Source: a virus
Taxonomy: Duplodnaviria; Caudoviricetes
Direction: 5' to 3' (one strand)
IMG/VR virus record: IMGVR_UViG_3300024331_000030
Span: 1 to 53,241 of that record
Length of the DNA stretch: 53,241 nucleotides
Below the pieces are notes generated by a model. The model was not told the origin of the DNA and searched no databases. It saw only the letters and a list, made by a program, of their open reading frames with translations. Position 1 is the first letter of the stretch. Each line of letters starts with the position of its first letter. This document shows, piece by piece, positions 47,887 to 53,241 of the stretch. Made by a program: the position numbers and the translations under genes.

Positions 47887-47904
47887 TAGCATAAATCATG
47901 CCAA
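47887..47904 (-). promoter_or_regulatory. sigma54 promoter
   Basis: TTGGCATGATTTATGCTA. Confidence 0.88.
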
Positions 47905-48125
47905 TGTTATCTACTGTATAAGCCTTGTACTACTGGACTATTGCTATCTATGAGTGTGCGGGTACTGTTGCTTTAAGAGCCGCTCGACAGACTAATCTAG
48001 AAACATTCGCTTAAAGACTAGTTAGCCTTACTTAACATCCCGATGCATTAGGTGCTGTACTGTTGAGAGAAAATGTCCCTTAGAGTGGAGTCTTGCTCTA
48101 ACACTCTAAGGGCGTGAGACTGTGC

Positions 48126-48533
48126 TTATTCCTTCACTGACAGAGTATCAACCCACTTCTGCAAGTCTTCCCGCAAAACCCATTTGGTTTTGCCGAACGA
48201 GACTTCATTCTTACCCGCGTCACCGGCCCATTGGATTGCCCTGACGACTGCCAAAGGGTTAGTCATGGTGACTCCCTTTGCTTTGCTGGCATCCGCAATG
48301 GTAACTTTACCATTCTCCCCCGCCTTACCAATTTTCATGGTGGCGGAGACGTTGCGGAAAGCCGCACCAGCGTCACTACCAGCTTGCTTGGCAATCTTTT
48401 CCGCTTTGGCTGGTTCAATGCCAAAGATGCTCTGACACGCATCATAGATGCGTTGCATCTCCGCACTGTATCGGCCATTGCCAAAGTTGGGCTTGGTTGA
48501 TACTTCAGTTGTGTTTTCAAGTGTCGCGTTCAT
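48126..48533 (-). CDS. First early gene, hypothetical protein
   Basis: 135 aa; followed by the hairpin CCCTTAGAGTG/CACTCTAAGGG. Confidence 0.75.
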   Translation of the reverse strand: MNATLENTTEVSTKPNFGNGRYSAEMQRIYDACQSIFGIEPAKAEKIAKQAGSDAGAAFRNVSATMKIGKAGENGKVTIADASKAKGVTMTNPLAVVRAIQWAGDAGKNEVSFGKTKWVLREDLQKWVDTLSVKE

Positions 48534-48741
48534 GTTTGTTCAGTACTGTATGGAGTTACTAGCTAGGCGTTGTGCCTAACCGTTTTGTGAACACTTAGAG
48601 CGTCCACAAAATTGTGAGTCTGACAAACTATTGGCGTGACACAGACAGGTCACTAGTGATACACTAGTGTCTTGGCAAAGCGTAACCTGTTGGCTACACC
48701 GCCTTACCTACCAGCACAGAGTCAAAGAACTACCAGACACT

Positions 48742-48758
48742 TAGCATCCCTCATGCCA
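48742..48758 (-). promoter_or_regulatory. sigma54 promoter (first early promoter)
   Basis: TGGCATGAGGGATGCTA. Confidence 0.85.
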
Positions 48759-48773
48759 TGCCAATGAAAGGTG

Positions 48774-48798
48774 TAAGATGTTGATAATCAACATATTG
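48774..48798. promoter_or_regulatory. Back-to-back IHF consensus sites
   Basis: TATCAACATCTTA (-) and AATCAACATATTG (+), both WATCAA-N4-TTR. Confidence 0.7.
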
Positions 48799-48871
48799 TA
48801 GATTGTCTGTTTGGAGTGACAGTGTAAGGTAATCAGACAACTATCCTAGGAAAATCGGCCTTTAGGCCAGT

Positions 48872-48896
48872 TAACTAATTGATACTCAACAACTTA
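48872..48896. promoter_or_regulatory. Second back-to-back IHF-like pair
   Basis: TATCAATTAGTTA (-, perfect) and ACTCAACAACTTA (+, one mismatch). Confidence 0.6.
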
Positions 48897-49142
48897 CAAA
48901 GACTGTAAGCTATCTCGACAACAGGTGGACAATTATCTACACTCTTTGCATAACACCCTACTATTCAACCACTTAATCTCACTCCACTAACTGTAAACCT
49001 TTCCAACGGTCTGAAAATCCGGCCTGCTGGCCAGTCTAAATACTTACAGCTAAGCCACTTAGCTAGACTCTAGGCTCGCTTCGCTCGTGGTACATATTAG
49101 TTACCGCTTACAATGTACATACATAGTTGACTAGTTAACTAG

Positions 49143-49160
49143 CAGCATTATCTATGCCAA
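49143..49160 (-). promoter_or_regulatory. sigma54 promoter
   Basis: TTGGCATAGATAATGCTG. Confidence 0.8.
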
Positions 49161-49165
49161 TATAG

Positions 49166-49183
49166 TTGGCACACTCTTTGCTA
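49166..49183 (+). promoter_or_regulatory. sigma54 promoter
   Basis: TTGGCACACTCTTTGCTA. Confidence 0.85.
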
Positions 49184-49185
49184 AA

Positions 49186-49202
49186 AAGCATCTATCATGC
49201 CA
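49186..49202 (-). promoter_or_regulatory. sigma54 promoter
   Basis: TGGCATGATAGATGCTT. Confidence 0.78.
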
Positions 49203-49765
49203 TCTTATTAGACTATCAGTAGATTGTATTAACATCTAATAAACCTTAAATATTAATAATTATAATATACAATCGGTAATAACCTTTATTTTATAAAAAT
49301 ATTAATAATATATATATATTACTAGTTATATTAGTTAATACAACTCCAAATAACTGGCCCCCACCGGAGGGAGGGAAAAAGCATTTTCGACCCTGTATCA
49401 GTATTAAATACAAGTATATTGTATATGTATTACGCATTATACAGGGTCTAAGTGGATGATTAATAAAGGTTAAATGAGAGACTAATAGTGTGCCAATGTG
49501 ACACTATTCTAAGTGTAGTAGTGAATCTTATAGAGTCATATTGACACACTTACTTAACTTTACTAATTATCTACAGCCCGCACCCTTTAAGAGTCATTAC
49601 TTACACTAATATCTAATGACCTACTATTAGTTTGTCTAATAGAAAGAAACCAGAAGTTAGAATGCGAAGTGGAACTATACCTCTCTTAGAACACAAGCAA
49701 TTTCAAGATTTAACCTACGTTTAATAGAACTACTAATAGGGGTCAGAAGAGTAGTCTTTAGAGGG

Positions 49766-49782
49766 TGGCATGATTCTTGCTA
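49766..49782 (+). promoter_or_regulatory. sigma54 promoter at the start of the late arm
   Basis: TGGCATGATTCTTGCTA. Confidence 0.88.
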
Positions 49783-49793
49783 GTAGAAGTAAC

Positions 49794-50072
49794 ATGAGTA
49801 GACATATTATTATAGGTAAGAGTCTCCAAGAGGCTATGATAGAGGATTTTTCTCTAGAGTATGCACAACAGAAGAAACTTCGGGATACAGAACCTAACAG
49901 TCCTCATGGTCTTAGGGCTAGCGAGAGGATGAAGGTTATATCTCAATCTATCGAGGAATTAAAGATGCAAATCAAGAATCCTGAACGTCATGCTATGATG
50001 ATTCATGGTGGATATAGTAAAGAAGAGATGGATAGGATAGAGCATTTACCGCGTAACCTTAATGGAGTCTAG
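49794..50072 (+). CDS. Hypothetical protein (start 49794, nearly leaderless)
   Basis: The ORF-track ATG at 49770 lies inside the promoter; the next ATG is about 2 nt after the predicted +1. Confidence 0.6.
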   Translation: MSRHIIIGKSLQEAMIEDFSLEYAQQKKLRDTEPNSPHGLRASERMKVISQSIEELKMQIKNPERHAMMIHGGYSKEEMDRIEHLPRNLNGV

Positions 50073-50173
50073 TATGTATATTATCAATCAATTTTGCGGA
50101 TTCTGGTTCACCCTACAAACTCCCGAACAACAGTGGCCCCCGACCCTTTTAAATTTGACTAAACTGTCTTAAG

Positions 50174-50611
50174 ATGACTAGTTCTGACGCACAACTTGTT
50201 AAAGCTTACGAAGCAGGAAGAACTCCTGATGAGATAGCTGAAGAGTTTGGTTTTTATACTCACCATGTAAAAGCCCGGCTTATGGCTATCTCTACTACTT
50301 ATCGTAAAGCTTGCGGTCAGGAACCTGAAGGTGAAGATGAAGTTAACTTTTCTAGAGATGAACAGTTAACCATAAAAAGAGAACTCTTCCAGATGGCTAT
50401 GTCTACAGAAGACCAGCATCTTAAAGCGAAACTTTTGTTAAACTTACGGGATGACGGGAAAGGTAGAAAAGATATAGTGAGGGACATGAAGAATAACGGG
50501 AACATCAATATCATGCAACTAATCAATAACTCTATCTCTCAAGCCTCTCAAAGCGCTGACCATTTAATAGCTTCTGTAGGACGTAAGACACCTAAGACAA
50601 TTGATGCCTAA
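50174..50611 (+). CDS. Terminase small subunit (putative)
   Basis: N-terminal HTH (TPDEIAEEFG); directly upstream of and overlapping TerL. Confidence 0.6.
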   Translation: MTSSDAQLVKAYEAGRTPDEIAEEFGFYTHHVKARLMAISTTYRKACGQEPEGEDEVNFSRDEQLTIKRELFQMAMSTEDQHLKAKLLLNLRDDGKGRKDIVRDMKNNGNINIMQLINNSISQASQSADHLIASVGRKTPKTIDA

Positions 50612-52544
50612 TCAACTAGACATTACTTCTTTCCGGAAACTTAGTCCTCACAGCCAAGAAGACTTCTTAGCTGATGGGGGTATTATAGTTTCTACTACCA
50701 CTGTTCCTTTGGAGAGTGTGATTTCTCTCCCTAAGGAGGGTGGCAGTGGGAGTAGTAAGGAGTTGGAGGTTGGCTTTGTTGATGTATTGCCGTTACATGT
50801 CAATATTGAGACTCCTCCAACTCCCCAACCTTCTGCGAGCGTAGCGAGCGGTTCGAGTCAACCTCAGCAAGCTGAGCAACCCGAAGTCAAGAAAGAGTAT
50901 AGTGATGAAGAGAAAGCTTTCATAGGTCAGTGGACAGAGGGGTTTGATATACCAACTCCTGTCCATCTCCTAATGATTCTCGATGATGATATAAGTTCCG
51001 GCCGCCACCACTTACACCCTTGGCAGATAGAGTTCATGCTAGATTTTGCTTATGAAGGCCACACTAAAGATAACCCCTTTTATGCGGCAGTTCAAGCAGC
51101 TAATGGTTCCGGCAAAGATAAGTATGTAGTCGCGGCTTGTGCAGTATGGTTGTGTATGAGGTACTCTAAGGCTAGAGCTGTCACAACTAATGGTTCAGGT
51201 GCTCAGTTGGACAGTCAGACAGAACACTACATCAATGACTTGTGTGAGTCTGCTAACCTTAAATGGGCGGGAGGTAAGGAACTTATATGGAAGTGTACTT
51301 ATAGGTACTATGAATGTATACCCACTAAGTCACCCATCACACTCTTTGCGACAGATGAACCTAACAAAGCGGAAGGTTATCATCCTCTCAAGGCAGGAGG
51401 TAAGATGGCCATATTCGCATCTGAAGCTAAGGCTATCCCTGATGAAATCTTTGGAGCACTCACTCGTTGTAAAGGATTCACCCACCGTATTGATGTTTCA
51501 TCTCCCGGTCTCCCTATAGGTTACTTCCACACCCAATGTACCAATAGTGTAAATCGCCGGACTTTCGATAGTATTACAGATAAGTCCCCCGGTTCTACAA
51601 TTCTCTATCATATTACAGCTTTCGATTGCTCACATATTAGTGAACAGGAAATTAAAGACTTTGCAGATAAGTGTCCATCAGGAGTTAATGACCCTCTTTA
51701 TATCTCTGGTGTTCTAGCTCAATTTACCACTACAGATGAGATGGTGGTTATACCTTATGCTTTCATCATGTGGGGTTATAAGGATGCTCCTAAGAAAGTA
51801 GAGTGGATACAAGAACCTTTCAATAAAGGTGGTCTAGACCTTTCGGATGGTGGAGCTGAGACTTGCTTAGTAGTAAGGAACGGGAACCGGCACTTGAGGA
51901 CTATACCATTTAAGTTCCAAGATACACAAGATACTATACACTTCTTGGAAGATAAGTTTGGTGAGAATGCTCTTACACATAGGGATGCTTTAGTGTTCTC
52001 TGATTGTTGTGGTATAGGTAAGCCTATGCTTGACCAACTAAAGTCTCGTGGGTGGTCGAATATGAGATATGTGGATAGTAGACATAAGAGTTCAGATAAG
52101 AAGGTCTACTTTAATAGAGGGACAGAACTCTTCTTTAATATACGCTTACTCCTAGAACGCAAAGAACTAATAGTTGAGTACGATAAACTCTTGTGTTCTC
52201 AGTTGTCCGGTCGTTATTATAAGTTGAGAGATGGTACTGTAAGACAGTTATTAACTAAACTAGAACAGAAGTCTCGTGGGTACCCTTCACCTGATAGAGC
52301 TGATGCTTTTAACTTAGCCTTCTGGGACTATAAGACTACTAGAACTTTTAAAGATTATCATGAGTCAGCTCCTTCTACTCCTGAATCTATGGTAGAGATA
52401 GTCAAACCAGTAAGTGATTTCTCCCTAAGACAGTGGGCTAGTAGTGATACTACTAATCTAGAGTCTTTTAGGAAGAATGTTAGTAAACATAAACCAATAA
52501 CCTATCTACAACGTGAGTTGGATAGGTATTTAAGAAAGAACTAA
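50604..52544 (+). CDS. terL: Terminase large subunit
   Basis: LHPWQ; AANGSGKD Walker A; GLDLSDGG, DCCGIG and SPDRADA nuclease motifs. Confidence 0.92.
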   Translation: MPNQLDITSFRKLSPHSQEDFLADGGIIVSTTTVPLESVISLPKEGGSGSSKELEVGFVDVLPLHVNIETPPTPQPSASVASGSSQPQQAEQPEVKKEYSDEEKAFIGQWTEGFDIPTPVHLLMILDDDISSGRHHLHPWQIEFMLDFAYEGHTKDNPFYAAVQAANGSGKDKYVVAACAVWLCMRYSKARAVTTNGSGAQLDSQTEHYINDLCESANLKWAGGKELIWKCTYRYYECIPTKSPITLFATDEPNKAEGYHPLKAGGKMAIFASEAKAIPDEIFGALTRCKGFTHRIDVSSPGLPIGYFHTQCTNSVNRRTFDSITDKSPGSTILYHITAFDCSHISEQEIKDFADKCPSGVNDPLYISGVLAQFTTTDEMVVIPYAFIMWGYKDAPKKVEWIQEPFNKGGLDLSDGGAETCLVVRNGNRHLRTIPFKFQDTQDTIHFLEDKFGENALTHRDALVFSDCCGIGKPMLDQLKSRGWSNMRYVDSRHKSSDKKVYFNRGTELFFNIRLLLERKELIVEYDKLLCSQLSGRYYKLRDGTVRQLLTKLEQKSRGYPSPDRADAFNLAFWDYKTTRTFKDYHESAPSTPESMVEIVKPVSDFSLRQWASSDTTNLESFRKNVSKHKPITYLQRELDRYLRKN

Positions 52545-52549
52545 AGTAT

Positions 52550-52900
52550 ATGGATAAATGTCCAATGTGTGGTTATGCAGAACAAGTGGGTGGTGTTCGA
52601 GTGAATACTATCATGAACAATTATGTCAATGAGAAAGGAGGTGTCTGCTGTCTTAATAGTGGTGAGGAGAAGATTGAGCAGAAAGATAAGGATGGTAATT
52701 ATATAGGTGTTCTCATTCGTCAAGATTTGTGGAAAGCTAAAGTTTCTATAAAAGAAGGTAAAGTAGAAGTTACTCCTACTACTTCTACTACTCCTACTAT
52801 AGTCAATCGTCTTGAGACACTTCCTTCTACTCCCGAAGTTCCCAAGACTAATCCTTTCGCCTCTGTGAAAGCTCCTACACCTCAAGAAGGGCCAATTTAA
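52550..52900 (+). CDS. Hypothetical protein (CPMCG)
   Basis: Packed ORF between TerL and portal. Confidence 0.65.
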   Translation: MDKCPMCGYAEQVGGVRVNTIMNNYVNEKGGVCCLNSGEEKIEQKDKDGNYIGVLIRQDLWKAKVSIKEGKVEVTPTTSTTPTIVNRLETLPSTPEVPKTNPFASVKAPTPQEGPI

Positions 52901-52901
52901 T

Positions 52902-53171
52902 ATGAAGAAAGATGAAGGTTCACAAGAAGAGGAAGCAGCAGAGACACCTGAGGAAGAGGCTAAAGAAGGTGTAGTTATACCTGAAGAGTTTCAACAACAA
53001 GTGCACGAACTAATTAGCAAAGCTAAAGACAAACACCACTTGAATCACATCCGTGATAGGGTATATGCTAAGGAAGATGAGTTGAGGAAGGAAGAAAGTA
53101 AAAAAGATAAGGGCTCTAAAGGTAAAGGTCCCACAGGAACTATGGAAGTAGAACCGTCTATCGAAGGTTAA
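52902..53171 (+). CDS. Charged hypothetical protein
   Basis: Packed ORF ending 1 nt before the portal ATG. Confidence 0.65.
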   Translation: MKKDEGSQEEEAAETPEEEAKEGVVIPEEFQQQVHELISKAKDKHHLNHIRDRVYAKEDELRKEESKKDKGSKGKGPTGTMEVEPSIEG

Positions 53172-53241
53172 TATGAGTAACATGAATCCTCCCACAAATA
53201 ACACTGAGTACATCAATACTCTAGACTATAAAAAGCTAGAG
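53110..53241. repeat. Terminal direct repeat, copy 2
   Basis: Matches 1-132. Confidence 0.95.

Noticed and set aside
49478-49496. TTGGCACACTATTAGT (-) as a twelfth sigma54 promoter
   Set aside because: The -12 element is GT, not GC
49541-49570. TTGACA as a sigma70 -35 element
   Set aside because: No TAnnnT -10 element at 16-18 bp spacing
64-53171. Stop-codon reassignment
   Set aside because: Standard code 11 gives long, tightly packed ORFs, and there is no suppressor tRNA
127-53216. Many short antisense or alternate-frame ORFs in the track (for example 2199..2597, 4246..4692, 30970..31548, 41898..42461)
   Set aside because: They are shadows of well-supported genes, with no motifs or start context

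Overview
An apparently complete, circularly assembled ~53.1 kb tailed-phage genome. Bases 1-132 repeat at 53110-53241 with one mismatch. It has a podovirus-like layout and I see no integrase. There are two opposed arms. The + strand late arm (49794 through the end/start junction to 25659) holds terminase, portal, scaffold, capsid, signal-peptide-bearing beta-rich proteins, an atypical lysis block, and tail and ejection proteins. The - strand early/replication arm (48533 down to 25637) holds small genes, an RNA cluster, SF2 helicase, ATP ligase, exonuclease/Sak4/SSB, a split PolA and a DUF3987-type ATPase. The main finding is that transcription appears to be built on sigma54. I found 11 near-perfect TGGCAY-N7-TGC (-24/-12) sites, all oriented with the flanking genes, and the phage encodes its own sigma54 activator (GAFTGA AAA+) that lacks a DNA-binding HTH. 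The first early promoter has paired IHF consensus sites and repeated candidate enhancers upstream, and a tightly packed three-promoter cluster sits where the arms diverge. Second, sigma54-driven arrays contain one canonical tRNA(CAT), several tRNA-derived RNAs with rebuilt anticodon arms, and other structured RNAs. Functional calls come from motif recognition and gene order only; no searches were run.
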